Positions 37,176 to 47,280 of a DNA stretch of 64,000 nucleotides are shown piece after piece (within the stretch, counting starts at the first letter, position 1; every line of letters starts with the position of its first letter). Made by a program: the position numbers and the translations under genes. Source of the DNA: an uncultured virus (IMG/VR IMGVR_UViG_3300042934_000107) (Duplodnaviria; Heunggongvirae; Uroviricota; Caudoviricetes); the IMG/VR virus record IMGVR_UViG_3300042934_000107. One strand, given 5' to 3'. The notes beneath the pieces were generated by a model. It was not told the DNA's origin, made no database searches, and saw only the letters and a list, made by a program, of their open reading frames with translations.

Positions 37176-37879
37176 AATATTTGCAACTCCTCACTCTTAG
37201 ATTGATTTTTGGCAAATGGTTGTTTCTTATTAACAGCATCTACAACCCATCTACGAATAGCCAAGTTATGATTTTTACTTTTGTAACTTTTCTCTTCTAT
37301 GTACTCGTCCAGAAACTTAACAAGTTTATCAAACATATCAAGTCCGTAATCAGCTACCAACTTTTCGTACTCTTTGGTGGTCAAATTCACCTTGCCAAAT
37401 TCACCATATATGTTCTTCTTTTCATTCTTATCATTCTTTACATTCTTGTTTGTGTCCATTTGTTGTTCATTTGCTGTCCATTTGTTGTTCATTTGCTGTT
37501 CTGGGAATGCGCTTGAACCGTTGATATTACTAGGTTCGTAGCTGTCCGTTTTTTCAACCTGGTAACCTGTCCAGTTTACAATAGTTATGACGCTGTATTT
37601 GGTGTAAGAAACTATCTCTAAACTCGGATTGTTTTTATCTGCTAAGAATTGCATTAATCGCCAAACTGTAGATTCTGTTATGCTTAATTCTTCTGCTGAT
37701 TTTTTTCTACCAAAGATAAACTGTCCAGGTTCAAGCCAAACTTTCTGTAATCCGACTAATTGTTCATACCCTGTATGAGTGGCTTTTAATAGACACCAAA
37801 TCCAAACCTTAAGTAACTTTTCATTTTGGAATATTGGCTTATCAAGCAAAGTTCTTGATAATTTTACCCATCCTGCCAT
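37172..37879 (-). CDS. Phage lytic replication initiator
   Basis: MAGWVKLSR..WIWCLLKA N-terminus; internal iterons; precedes helicase. Confidence 0.8.
   Translation of the reverse strand: MAGWVKLSRTLLDKPIFQNEKLLKVWIWCLLKATHTGYEQLVGLQKVWLEPGQFIFGRKKSAEELSITESTVWRLMQFLADKNNPSLEIVSYTKYSVITIVNWTGYQVEKTDSYEPSNINGSSAFPEQQMNNKWTANEQQMDTNKNVKNDKNEKKNIYGEFGKVNLTTKEYEKLVADYGLDMFDKLVKFLDEYIEEKSYKSKNHNLAIRRWVVDAVNKKQPFAKNQSKSEELQIF
37453..37501. repeat. Iterons in initiator gene (4 x 11 bp), likely lytic origin
   Basis: TGTCCATTTGT/TGTTCATTTGC alternating; 22-mer repeated perfectly. Confidence 0.75.
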
Positions 37880-38718
37880 TTCACCACCTCGATCAAAACA
37901 CTTTTCATATATGCCTTGGTTGCTGCTGGTCTTTGCCAAGTTCTTTGAAACGTAGTCCACTCTCGACTATATTTCTTTTTTTCTAATTCAGCAGGTTGAA
38001 ATAATTGTGCAAATGGCATTGCTCCGGCTAAAAATATTTTTCTTAATCTTGATTCATTTTCTTTGATGTCGTCGCCGATCAGAGCATAGCACCTTATTTT
38101 GTTCCGATTAAAACCAGCTTTATATAATCTTTCACAAGTCCGTTTTACAACTTCTACTTTGCCTTTAGTATCACAAGCAAGCCATAATTCTTTAATCCTC
38201 AAACCTTGCATTTGCTCAATATCCCAATCAGTTAATAAATCAGGTTGTAACCCTCCACGAAAGATTATTTGACGTTGTGTTTTAAGCATTTCATACGCTT
38301 TCGCTCGGTGCTGCTTGCTACATTGCAAAAAGTTGTTATCCTGTATAACGTTACCTGGTTGAATATCTATTTCTTTTAACTTCCCTTCACGTTCAGGAAC
38401 AAAACACCATTTACATGAGTTGTTACAACCTTGTGAACAAAAAGTGATTCCTTTTCTAACATACATTCCAGGAATAAAACCACCACCACCATCACCAAAT
38501 GCGGGGCCACCAATTTTTACAGGTTTATCGGTCTTTACTTCCCATTCACTTTTTAAATATTCACACCGTTTTATATCCCAAGTAAAAACACAACACACAT
38601 GCACTTCATCGTGATCCGGGATAAAAAGTCCTGGTACATCGAAGAAACAATATTCATCATCAGGCGTATATGAGTTTCTTTCTGGAAAAACTCTAATTAT
38701 TTTAATTTTTACCACCAC
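37864..38718 (-). CDS. Radical SAM-like protein
   Basis: GCNNSCKWC CxxxCxxC; IGGP; DNNFL. Confidence 0.8.
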   Translation of the reverse strand: MVVKIKIIRVFPERNSYTPDDEYCFFDVPGLFIPDHDEVHVCCVFTWDIKRCEYLKSEWEVKTDKPVKIGGPAFGDGGGGFIPGMYVRKGITFCSQGCNNSCKWCFVPEREGKLKEIDIQPGNVIQDNNFLQCSKQHRAKAYEMLKTQRQIIFRGGLQPDLLTDWDIEQMQGLRIKELWLACDTKGKVEVVKRTCERLYKAGFNRNKIRCYALIGDDIKENESRLRKIFLAGAMPFAQLFQPAELEKKKYSREWTTFQRTWQRPAATKAYMKSVLIEVVKWQDG

Positions 38719-38760
38719 CCACGCATATTCCCCACCACATCAGCGCATACTATCCAAAAG

Positions 38761-39120
38761 TCATTTATTTAATTCTAATCTCAATTTATCTACTGCTTCT
38801 TGTGGACTTCTTCCAAATCCACATGGACTTTCTTGAATATTAGTAAATCCTTCACCAGTAGCGCACCATGCATTGCCATCTAAATAAACATTAATATCTG
38901 TTTCCCACCAATCAGGAGCCTTGCCAACATTAGGAGCAGGATTAGTGTAAGATTTATTACAATATGGGTCATTGCAACGCCATCCACCACCGTAATCAAA
39001 AGTAGATGTTCCACAATCAGGACAAGGTCCTAATAATCTGTGGAATGCGATTCCATTTTGATAATCAGTCCCTTGTCCATGAGTCCATGAACCTTTACCA
39101 GTTTCATAAGCCTTACTCAT
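38761..39120 (-). CDS. Hypothetical Zn-binding protein
   Basis: CPDC; DGNAWCA...GFG. Confidence 0.6.
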   Translation of the reverse strand: MSKAYETGKGSWTHGQGTDYQNGIAFHRLLGPCPDCGTSTFDYGGGWRCNDPYCNKSYTNPAPNVGKAPDWWETDINVYLDGNAWCATGEGFTNIQESPCGFGRSPQEAVDKLRLELNK

Positions 39121-39176
39121 TTATATCAACTTCCTTTTAATTTTTAGCGCATACTATCCAAAAGGGGAAAAGGGAA

Positions 39177-39671
39177 TTAACTCCCCACTTCCTTATCTTG
39201 AATACTAAGTAGCATATCTACTATTAACCTTATCCGGTCAGCTCTTTTACTTTTGCCATTGTGATATGCCTTATGGCAGCAAGGACACAACCAAAGCACA
39301 TTTAATTTTTCAAGGTAATTGTTATGATGCGCTTCTGTTTTTCCTTGTTTACTGCATATCTGGCAAGTATTAGACCTTACCATTGTTCCATTTTTAATTG
39401 CTCTAGTTATTGCATTATGACAAGCTTGATATCCTGGTATTTGATGTCTTCTAGTTCTAGTTATTTTAGTTTTACTTGCTTGTCTCTTATCGGTGTTTAG
39501 TCTATTTCTGTCGTATTCTCTTATTGATTCAATATTTTCTTCACGATGTTTGCTAACGCGATTTCTAACACAATTTTTGCATTTATTTAAATGACCATCA
39601 CCCATTGATTTATGTATATAAAAATCATCAATTGGCAACTCTTTATTGCATTCTCGACAAACTTTAGTCAT
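39177..39671 (-). CDS. HNH-like Zn-binding nuclease
   Basis: CREC, CKNC, CQIC, EAHH..Y....V.WLC..CH. Confidence 0.7.
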   Translation of the reverse strand: MTKVCRECNKELPIDDFYIHKSMGDGHLNKCKNCVRNRVSKHREENIESIREYDRNRLNTDKRQASKTKITRTRRHQIPGYQACHNAITRAIKNGTMVRSNTCQICSKQGKTEAHHNNYLEKLNVLWLCPCCHKAYHNGKSKRADRIRLIVDMLLSIQDKEVGS

Positions 39672-39680
39672 TTATACCTC

Positions 39681-40082
39681 CTAAAATGGTATATTTTCCT
39701 CCGGAAATACTTCTGTTCCAAATGAACTTACGTTATATCCGTTTACTGGTGCAGGTTTATTACCATCTCCGCTAAACCTACTAATTTCTTTACCTATAGC
39801 ATCAACAATCATTGTCATTCTTCTGTTTGTTACACCGTCTTTTTCCCATTTTTCTTCTGATATTTTACCTACTACAATCACGTTGTCACCCTTAACAATC
39901 TGATTGCCCATATTTTCAGCCAATTCTTTAAAACCTACACATTTAACGCTGAAATATTTAGCTTTACCTTCTTGATCTTTGCCGTCGTACACAGAAACAC
40001 TAACATCTGTAATGCATGTTCCTGATTGCGAGTATCTAGTATTTGGTTCCCATGCCTTGCCTGTTATTGTTGTTGTATTCAT
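39681..40082 (-). CDS. ssb: Single-stranded DNA-binding protein
   Basis: OB-fold pattern, acidic IPF C-terminus. Confidence 0.88.
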   Translation of the reverse strand: MNTTTITGKAWEPNTRYSQSGTCITDVSVSVYDGKDQEGKAKYFSVKCVGFKELAENMGNQIVKGDNVIVVGKISEEKWEKDGVTNRRMTMIVDAIGKEISRFSGDGNKPAPVNGYNVSSFGTEVFPEENIPF

Positions 40083-40084
40083 TA

Positions 40085-40765
40085 TTAATTACCATCCTTT
40101 TTACTTTGTTCTGCTACGTAATCGCTCCACAACTTGTCTAGATTGTCAATTAAGTAACTAGCCTGTACTGTAGTCAACTTTGTACTGCTATCAACCTTGT
40201 ATTTCCATGCAATTATTTTTTTCATATCGTCACTACTCAATGCTTTTTCCGTAGCAGTAGCAAATAGTTTCTTACGTTGTATATCACTCATTAATTGGGG
40301 CGTGTTAGGTTTTTGCGGTGTGGTTGGTATGTTTGTATTGGTTGATTTATTCTGTTGCTTAGATTGTGATTTTAGCATTGAACCTTCGTTGGCATCGTCA
40401 TCGTCTTGGTACACGCCAACCATTGCTGCTAGAGCGTAACGCCTGGCATATGTTAACGTGCTGCCGTATCCCTGGGGATCTTGCTTTTGCAATGGCATCT
40501 TAATTCTGCTGCTGATCCACTGACCGCTAGTGTGTAACATAGTCGTGTCAAGTATCAAGCATCCATCTTCCAACCCATCAGGTAGTTGTACTATACTTAG
40601 ACCGTTTTCTGCTAGTTGCTTACGGCACGCCTCCCATACACTAGCTAAATCGGCATATTTATTTTTGTGGAATGGGTTTTCAGAATCCTTTACCGCGTGT
40701 GTAATTGAACCTTGTACTTTTGCCAATGAAACCGCTAATTCGTTTGTTTGTTCCGATCTAGCCAA
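40085..40765 (-). CDS. erf: ERF-family ssDNA annealing recombinase
   Basis: NPFHKNKYADL, HTSGQWI, GSTLTYARRYAL, DDDA. Confidence 0.92.
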   Translation of the reverse strand: MARSEQTNELAVSLAKVQGSITHAVKDSENPFHKNKYADLASVWEACRKQLAENGLSIVQLPDGLEDGCLILDTTMLHTSGQWISSRIKMPLQKQDPQGYGSTLTYARRYALAAMVGVYQDDDDANEGSMLKSQSKQQNKSTNTNIPTTPQKPNTPQLMSDIQRKKLFATATEKALSSDDMKKIIAWKYKVDSSTKLTTVQASYLIDNLDKLWSDYVAEQSKKDGN

Positions 40766-41338
40766 TTACTTATCCCCCTTTGCATAGAAACGATCTTTAC
40801 CTAACTCAACTTTAATGTCTTCCAATACCTCACCATCAGCAGTAATAACTTTATCTCCTTTTATTTGCAACGTTTTCTTAAACTCTCCCCAATTAGCTTT
40901 CTTTTCAACCTCAACAAAACTAACATAACTTTCTTCAAGTAGCTTAATCAGTTTTTCGCTTTTACTACCAACTTCTTCACCATCAATAGTAAATTTATCA
41001 CCAGATTTCCTAAATCCGATTGTTCCATTTGGAAGATTAAAGCTTCGCTTTTTACTGCCTTTCAATTGCGTTTCAGCATATGGAGTAAGCAACGATTCAA
41101 AGTATGAAATTTGATTGTTGTTTTCACATTCAATTGCGTTGTACCATAAATTTATTTGCGCTATGCGTTTTTCTTTTAATTCTTTAGCTTCATCTATTTT
41201 TTGTTGAGAATGCTTTATTTTTCGTAATGCCCAATCAGCTTTATCTTGATTGTCAATTACATATCCTTGTTGATCGCATGTAATTTGTTCATCTAAAAAA
41301 TTATCCAAATTTTCTTCTAAGTTAGTCCGCATATCCAA
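40766..41338 (-). CDS. gam: Mu Gam-like DNA end-protection protein
   Basis: ADWALRKI, YFESLL, LPNGTIGFRK. Confidence 0.8.
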   Translation of the reverse strand: MDMRTNLEENLDNFLDEQITCDQQGYVIDNQDKADWALRKIKHSQQKIDEAKELKEKRIAQINLWYNAIECENNNQISYFESLLTPYAETQLKGSKKRSFNLPNGTIGFRKSGDKFTIDGEEVGSKSEKLIKLLEESYVSFVEVEKKANWGEFKKTLQIKGDKVITADGEVLEDIKVELGKDRFYAKGDK

Positions 41339-41494
41339 GCACCTCCAAATTAACTTTATTCCCTAACTCCAAATCATCACCATGCAGCCTCTTAAGCTAT
41401 TTCTCAGCCTTGTCCATCGCTACCTCGCTAATCAGTGCATCGACCTCTATTGATATGCCAACATCAACAAACATTACTTTGTAAAGTCTAGCTT

Positions 41495-41713
41495 TCATAA
41501 TTCGCCATCATCCTCCATTTGCTTATATTCGTTCAGATGATACTTGCTACAGAAAGTTAATCCATCATACGGCTCTACTTCCTGCCCATCAGCTATCAAC
41601 ACACCACACAAATGACATTCAGCTATAATTTCTAGCGGTGGATCCTCTACAATCGGTCTGCGTGTGTAGCGGAATGGTTTTTCTAAGTACTCTTGCGTTA
41701 TATCTCGTAACAT
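41495..41713 (-). CDS. Small Zn-finger protein
   Basis: CHLC...FCS.YH. Confidence 0.55.
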   Translation of the reverse strand: MLRDITQEYLEKPFRYTRRPIVEDPPLEIIAECHLCGVLIADGQEVEPYDGLTFCSKYHLNEYKQMEDDGEL

Positions 41714-41911
41714 GCTACAATCACCTCAAGAATGTTTTCCTTTCTAGTCCTCCATTTGCCGATGGTGGACTTTTTGTTTTACTCACCATTGCCCGGGCAT
41801 CAAGAACAGTATTGCGATGAATGCCACTCCTAACAATATGCACTCTGCACATTCTGCGTTTAGTCGTTGCTGCCTAACTATGCTTGATACTCTGTGTGTT
41901 GTTAGCATTCT

Positions 41912-42256
41912 TTAACCTCCTTGCTGTTGTATTTCAGGGAATGTAACCATTTCTATGATTTGGTCAGATATAGCAATTGCCTGTTCTACCTGTTCTTCTC
42001 TTAAATATGAAACACCGGAAATGTTTAGCGAGAATCTGATAATTAAGTAAATGGCGTTTTGGATCTTGTATGTATCCCATCTTTTCATTGTTCCTAGCAA
42101 TCTTTTTTCAATATGATCTCTTACCTGTTTCCAAGGCTTTTCTTTTACCTCTTGAACTTGCTGCATTTCTTGCCTGACTTCTTCTCGAATTTGTTCCCTA
42201 AGTTTTTTGGTTATTAATTCTACTAGAAATTCATCTTTAATTTTGACTTCTGACAT
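41912..42256 (-). CDS. Hypothetical early protein
   Basis: GGAGG RBS; ORF in operon. Confidence 0.6.
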   Translation of the reverse strand: MSEVKIKDEFLVELITKKLREQIREEVRQEMQQVQEVKEKPWKQVRDHIEKRLLGTMKRWDTYKIQNAIYLIIRFSLNISGVSYLREEQVEQAIAISDQIIEMVTFPEIQQQGG

Positions 42257-42420
42257 TTTCTTATAACCTCCTTATTTCCCCGTCCTGTATAACCGCCAGT
42301 CTCTAACATTTTCGCATTGCGGTTTATCACATGTATTAATTTGACCACAGACCATAGCACACTTTTGGGGTTGTCCATCTTTAATGCATGATTGGCATGG
42401 ACATTTGTTTTCATGGTGCA

Positions 42421-43176
42421 TTAAACGACCTCCAATTTCCCAGCGTTTAGGAACTTATTAACAAAGTAGATCTGTCCTTTTGGAGTAATTTTCGTTGTCC
42501 TAGTTACAAACGTATCTCCTTTAGCTGTAAGTACTGAACTTTTCTTAATCTCCATGATTCCCAAGTCCATGCTGCGCTGCGTAGGTAGGTTGTAACTTTC
42601 TCCGGCTATTTTGCATAAGTAGCCTTGTTCCCTTAACTCTCTAAACAATCTGTTCTGACCAATGTCTACTCCATTTTGCTTTAGTATTTTGGCTAGTTCA
42701 TTGATTAGGATTGACTTGTCGCTACCTGCCACCGAATCAGCAAACAATACTTTAGGCTTCTGTTCTTCCAGCAATGCTTTTGCCTTGATGTGATTTTCTA
42801 CCTCATTTGCGTATGCTCTTAATGCTTCTGGGAGGGTTTGTGGGATTTGTGGAACGGTGAGCTGCTTTTCCATTTCTTCAAAGCGAGTAACATAAGTTGC
42901 TGTAAACAAAATCCCTTTTTCTCCAGTCATTTTATTTGCTACCATGTCGCAACCTTTTTTAGTAATCAAGTAACATGGTAATACTTTCCTTTGATCTGAT
43001 AGGTAAGTGCTTTCAATGAAGAAGTCGGTGAGTCCAAAATTGGACTGTCCTAATATTTCCATATAACCTTGAATATCTCTAAGTAAGTGTTTATGTTCCT
43101 TACCAACCATTTCAGCTACTTGCCTACTGTTTACTACCGCCTGACCGTGTGCATTGATAATTTCTAAATTACTCAT
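42421..43176 (-). CDS. Rha-domain / KilA-C antirepressor
   Basis: SRQVAEMVGKEHKHLLRDI; PKVLFADSV, IGQNRLF, TPKGQIYF. Confidence 0.9.
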   Translation of the reverse strand: MSNLEIINAHGQAVVNSRQVAEMVGKEHKHLLRDIQGYMEILGQSNFGLTDFFIESTYLSDQRKVLPCYLITKKGCDMVANKMTGEKGILFTATYVTRFEEMEKQLTVPQIPQTLPEALRAYANEVENHIKAKALLEEQKPKVLFADSVAGSDKSILINELAKILKQNGVDIGQNRLFRELREQGYLCKIAGESYNLPTQRSMDLGIMEIKKSSVLTAKGDTFVTRTTKITPKGQIYFVNKFLNAGKLEVV

Positions 43177-43179
43177 TTT

Positions 43180-43359
43180 TTAAACCTCCATTTTAATTAG
43201 TGGATACTGTTCTTTTATGTAATTACTTACAGCTAACGAAATGACAGCGTTCTCAGAGATACCTAACTCACTCGCCTTATTTTCTACACCAATTTTCAAT
43301 TTGTTGGTAAGACGTAATGAGAACTTTTTCGCTTCGGCTTTTTCACGTTTCAAATTCAT
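43180..43359 (-). CDS. 59-aa Arc-like RHH protein (Cro-equivalent), missing from ORF track
   Basis: MNLKREKAEAKKFSLRLTNKLKIGVENKASELGISENAVISLAV; AAGGAGG RBS. Confidence 0.75.
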   Translation of the reverse strand: MNLKREKAEAKKFSLRLTNKLKIGVENKASELGISENAVISLAVSNYIKEQYPLIKMEV

Positions 43360-43378
43360 CGCCTCCTTTCTATTTGGT

Positions 43379-43450
43379 ATGAATTTGGGGTCAATTTCAT
43401 TATATACTTATATATATAAGAAGTCAATATGAATTTGGGATTAAATTCAG
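43379..43450 (-). promoter_or_regulatory. Early promoter flanked by two palindromic operators
   Basis: TTGACT-17-TATAAT (43427..43399); ATGAATTTG-N4-CAATTTCAT at 43379..43400 and related site at 43429..43450. Confidence 0.75.
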
Positions 43451-43561
43451 AAATATTTATATTTGTTTGTAAATTACATTTTTGTATTTTTTTATAATAT
43501 TTACTATTGCTTAATATTTATTGTTATGATATTATAATGACATCAACTTGATATTAGGAGT

Positions 43562-43825
43562 GTGTTTATTGTGCCAAGAAATAAAAGAGTAGCAAAAGAA
43601 TTGAAAACTTATAATTTGAGGATTACGCCTACCGATTATGAGATCATACAGCAACAAGCAGCAGCAAACGGCATACCAATGAATACACTGTTGCAAAAGA
43701 TCATTGCAGACTTCACAAATAGCGAGGAAGTTACACCTAAAGAACAGAAGGTTTTAGACGAAATAAAAAGCCTCCCGCTTAAAAAGCGAAAGGCTATCAT
43801 AAAAGAATTAACGGCTGACAATTAA
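43562..43825 (+). CDS. Arc-like RHH repressor, second copy
   Basis: 86/87 aa identical to 29..292. Confidence 0.78.
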   Translation: MFIVPRNKRVAKELKTYNLRITPTDYEIIQQQAAANGIPMNTLLQKIIADFTNSEEVTPKEQKVLDEIKSLPLKKRKAIIKELTADN

Positions 43826-43987
43826 TATGCATTCAAACAACTTATTTACTTCAAACTCATTTAGCGAATCAATATCAATCTTACAATTTCGTAATTCTTT
43901 CAGTAATAAGATCAACTTTGGGTTGTTTTTCGAAACTTCCAAGTTGATCTTGTTTTTTTCTATGCTCTCTCGTTCGTACAATTTCAT
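43808..43987 (-). CDS. Candidate SOS-induced antirepressor, second copy
   Basis: Homolog of 275..454. Confidence 0.6.
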   Translation of the reverse strand: MKLYERESIEKNKINLEVSKNNPKLILLLKELRNCKIDIDSLNEFEVNKLFECILIVSR

Positions 43988-44018
43988 CAAGTTACAACAC
44001 CATCCTATGCTTATTCGT

Positions 44019-44032
44019 CGAACAAACGTTTG
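44019..44032. promoter_or_regulatory. LexA/DinR (SOS) box
   Basis: CGAACAAACGTTTG; arms conserved, spacer changed relative to 486..499. Confidence 0.75.
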
Positions 44033-44270
44033 GTTTATTGTATCATATAACAAATATTATTGCATCTAAAAATCCGATCAACTAACTAAAATTCAATGGA
44101 AGATACCTCCGCTCTGTGCTACCCATAATTCTTATATTATGCAAACTAGATATGAATTCCTGTAATTCCATTTGAATACTTTTCAACAAATTCCGACAAT
44201 TCAGGAGGGTTAAATATTATACATGATAAATGTGAAAAAAGTATGAAAGCTGGTAAAAAAAGAAGACGGA

Positions 44271-44669
44271 TTATTTACCGCCTTTTAATAATGTTTGCCT
44301 AGCTATAATTACAACGTTGTATAATTCTGGTCTATGTACTTTATCATATTTACTATCAATTTCTATATTAGATATTAGTTTTAGCGCACTATACATTTCA
44401 AACTCTTTTTTGCCGAGTTCAACTAGTTCAGCAACCTTCGCTCTCTCTGCTTCTAATTCTGCTTCTATTCCTTCAACTACACCATCAACGTATTTGCAAC
44501 CTGCTGTTTCTACTGAACACTCTCGACATTCTAACGCTGTAACCTTCGCACTCTCTGATCGTAGTGCTTGGAGTAACCAGTTAGCATCAGCGTAAATATC
44601 TTCACACGCACCGCTTTTATTTGCACGTTCCAGAGTATTAATTATCTCAGCCAATCTTTCATCTGTCAA
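44271..44669 (-). CDS. Accessory coiled-coil protein
   Basis: MTDERLAEI and AKVAEL shared with 744..998. Confidence 0.65.
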   Translation of the reverse strand: MTDERLAEIINTLERANKSGACEDIYADANWLLQALRSESAKVTALECRECSVETAGCKYVDGVVEGIEAELEAERAKVAELVELGKKEFEMYSALKLISNIEIDSKYDKVHRPELYNVVIIARQTLLKGGK

Positions 44670-44941
44670 AGCATAGTCAACTCCTTTATTTTATTGCGTA
44701 ATATTTTACACTCTTTTCTCAAAGATTGTCTTGATTCATAAGCTATTATTAATCTTCTCTCTAATTCAACAGAACAATTAATTTCGCTTTTTAGTTGATA
44801 TCTTAACTCTTTAATAAGTTCATCTTTTTTTATACTAAGAAAATCCGCAAATCTTTCCTTTGATCGTTCTGACAAAGGTTCTGAATTTAAATTTTCATAA
44901 TTATTTTCAAAGTCAACAGCAGTTAATTGTAATTCAATCAT
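44666..44941 (-). CDS. Hypothetical protein
   Basis: Coupled ORF. Confidence 0.55.
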   Translation of the reverse strand: MIELQLTAVDFENNYENLNSEPLSERSKERFADFLSIKKDELIKELRYQLKSEINCSVELERRLIIAYESRQSLRKECKILRNKIKELTML

Positions 44942-45279
44942 TTACTCGCCTCCAGTGCTTCTATAGCTAAATCTCCAGACTCTTCATTTCTTGGATCAGC
45001 ATACCATTCCAACGCCTCACGCAGCACTCGCTCCCTGCGCTCCGATTCTAAGCATTTTTCGCACCAAACGTCACGCTCTTTTATTACTTCGCGCTCCTTT
45101 GCATCTATTTTTATAATCTCATCATCCCATTTTGCCAAATGATATTGAAATTTTTCTTCTAACACTCGCTCCCTGTGCTGGGATTGCTGTAATTGCTCTC
45201 GTAATTCTCCAACAATGCTGCCGATTACAATTGCTTCTTCATAATCTACATACTTTAAAACTTTTTCTAGTTTATCCAT
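44938..45279 (-). CDS. Accessory coiled-coil protein
   Basis: Mosaic homolog of 1150..1521. Confidence 0.7.
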   Translation of the reverse strand: MDKLEKVLKYVDYEEAIVIGSIVGELREQLQQSQHRERVLEEKFQYHLAKWDDEIIKIDAKEREVIKERDVWCEKCLESERRERVLREALEWYADPRNEESGDLAIEALEASK

Positions 45280-45618
45280 CTACTCCACCACCTCAATTTT
45301 ATCTAGTTCAGCTTTAAGTTTGCATTCTTCTGCATGTCCAATAAACCAAGCTGTTTCTTTCTTCGTATCCGCCTTAATAGTAAGAACGTTACCACAAACA
45401 GGACAATGTGTTTGTTCATAGTGAGGGTTTTTAATGTCGCAACCTCTTCCCTCAATATCTTTCAACAGTTCCCTCAACGCCTGCAGATCTGCTTTTAGCT
45501 GGGTGTTTTCTTGCTGTATATTTTCGCCTTTCGTTTTACCGCAATCCATGCAAATAGCTTCATATGAGTTAATTTCGTATTGATGTTTACAATTCATTTT
45601 ATACTCCACACCTTCCAT
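45280..45618 (-). CDS. Accessory Cys-motif protein
   Basis: Mosaic homolog of 1522..1779. Confidence 0.65.
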   Translation of the reverse strand: MEGVEYKMNCKHQYEINSYEAICMDCGKTKGENIQQENTQLKADLQALRELLKDIEGRGCDIKNPHYEQTHCPVCGNVLTIKADTKKETAWFIGHAEECKLKAELDKIEVVE

Positions 45619-45831
45619 GTTTAATCAATGCCACACGCTTAATACATCAACTATGTTTTTTACTTCACTAACTTCTATTATGTCAAGTTCTTCTCTAGTT
45701 TCTATAAATTCTCTAATACTTCCATCTCGTTCAAGTTCAATAATTGCAATTTCTTCAACTACACGAATTATTCTAGCTTTAACCTTCCTAGGTTGTTCCA
45801 TTTCCCCATCCCCCTCAATTAAGATACATTC

Positions 45832-46026
45832 CTACGCATTATCAAAATCCGTATCTCTCAACCCTTCTGTAAGCTCTAGATACTCTTCTTTTGTAAAATC
45901 TAATACATCGTTAGGCATTGCTTCTTTCATTGCGTCAGAGTTAATCTTTAGTATTGTACATGCTTTATTGAATAGGTTGTTTTCTACTAGTTCATCGACT
46001 GTGAATGTGATGTATACGTCTTTCAT
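45832..46026 (-). CDS. Hypothetical protein
   Basis: Starts at shared linker/RBS. Confidence 0.6.
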   Translation of the reverse strand: MKDVYITFTVDELVENNLFNKACTILKINSDAMKEAMPNDVLDFTKEEYLELTEGLRDTDFDNA

Positions 46027-46040
46027 AATGTTAATCCTCC

Positions 46041-46328
46041 CTATTCTTCTTCAAAATATTCTTTCCATTCATCACCGAAACACTCTTTATAGTCGATTAA
46101 ATCTTCGCCGTTATATTCAATCAACTCATTTAATTCTACTGCTATGTAATCTGACTTTAATGTGACTTCTAATCCATCGTCTTCAAGTAAAGAACTTCCT
46201 GTAATATCAACAAATTCTTGCAAATCACTAAATAACACAACAACCCATCCAATAATGCTGCTATTAGTGTCTCTATACAAATGACACTCATTATTCATTA
46301 GAAAGTGATATAGTTTCTTAATTTTCAT
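46041..46328 (-). CDS. Hypothetical protein, homolog of 2619..2903
   Basis: Shared termini. Confidence 0.75.
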   Translation of the reverse strand: MKIKKLYHFLMNNECHLYRDTNSSIIGWVVVLFSDLQEFVDITGSSLLEDDGLEVTLKSDYIAVELNELIEYNGEDLIDYKECFGDEWKEYFEEE

Positions 46329-46720
46329 AATGTTAATCCTCCCTATTTGGTTTAATCTTCATTAACTCAAAACAATCAGATGTTGATCTTGAATCTTTCT
46401 TTGTTATAATTAATTTTTCTTTTGATACGCGATTGTTTAACATGACAACTTTATTCTCCCAATCAATTTCTATTGTGTATGGAACAGACCTGTATCCTAC
46501 CATTTACTTTCCTCATTATTCTGACTGTTTGGCTGGTTAATCCATTAATTCACCAACTGTAATAGGTTTACCGCATTTTGGACATAAATTTAAGTTATTA
46601 TCTTTGTAAATATGTTTTAAAAATTTCTCGTTTTTTGATATTACACGCTTTTCACCACAATTACTTTCAAACAACCACTTATTATCATCAATAAATTCCA
46701 TACAAAACCATTTGCAATAT

Positions 46721-46942
46721 TTAGTCATTTTCATCCTCCTTATTTTTACTGTTTGGCTGGTGGTTATGTGCTTTGCATATTTCTGTAAAGTTAGCCATGT
46801 ATTCATTAAATTCTTCTTCATCGGAATACTCAATTCTAGCTATTGGATTATATTCATAACCGTTGATAGTATCTTGTAAGTCAGTACATATTACCAACTC
46901 ACCTTGTTCATCGTCGAATATTACCCATGTTTTATCATTCAT
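46721..46942 (-). CDS. Hypothetical protein
   Basis: Ends in HQPNSK linker-encoded tail. Confidence 0.6.
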   Translation of the reverse strand: MNDKTWVIFDDEQGELVICTDLQDTINGYEYNPIARIEYSDEEEFNEYMANFTEICKAHNHQPNSKNKEDEND

Positions 46943-47280
46943 TGTTTATCATTCTCCTTTTTATTGATTGGCTGGTGGGCGGTTAATCTTTTAGAAACTT
47001 TACTTTTATATTCTTGTCTAAATGCCCAAACCTCAACACTTCTTTTCTCTGTGGGATTATAATCAAACCACCATCCTACAACTGGTTCATTATCTTCGTT
47101 GATTCCCGCTCTCCATTTTACGTGTGACTTTTCAATTATGTATGGATTATCGCTCCAACTATATTCATCTTTATAAATTTCAATAGCTTGCTGCTCTGTG
47201 TATTTGCCAGCGTTTACAGCGAAAACATGATAACCACCATTAAAACTTTCATAATCAAATTTACTTTTACTAGCGTCCAT
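46939..47280 (-). CDS. Hypothetical protein
   Basis: Ends in HQPINK linker-encoded tail. Confidence 0.65.
   Translation of the reverse strand: MDASKSKFDYESFNGGYHVFAVNAGKYTEQQAIEIYKDEYSWSDNPYIIEKSHVKWRAGINEDNEPVVGWWFDYNPTEKRSVEVWAFRQEYKSKVSKRLTAHQPINKKENDKQ

Larger units (their letters stand above)
1..43533. mobile_element. Element A: apparently complete integrase-less temperate podovirus-like phage-plasmid unit
   Basis: Full set of switch, recombination, replication, packaging, head/tail, lysis and ParA modules; bounded by a direct repeat at offset 43533; no integrase ORF seen. Confidence 0.85.
43534..44275. repeat. Diverged direct repeat copy 2 (immunity region)
   Basis: Aligns by eye with 1..735. 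Confidence 0.95.
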
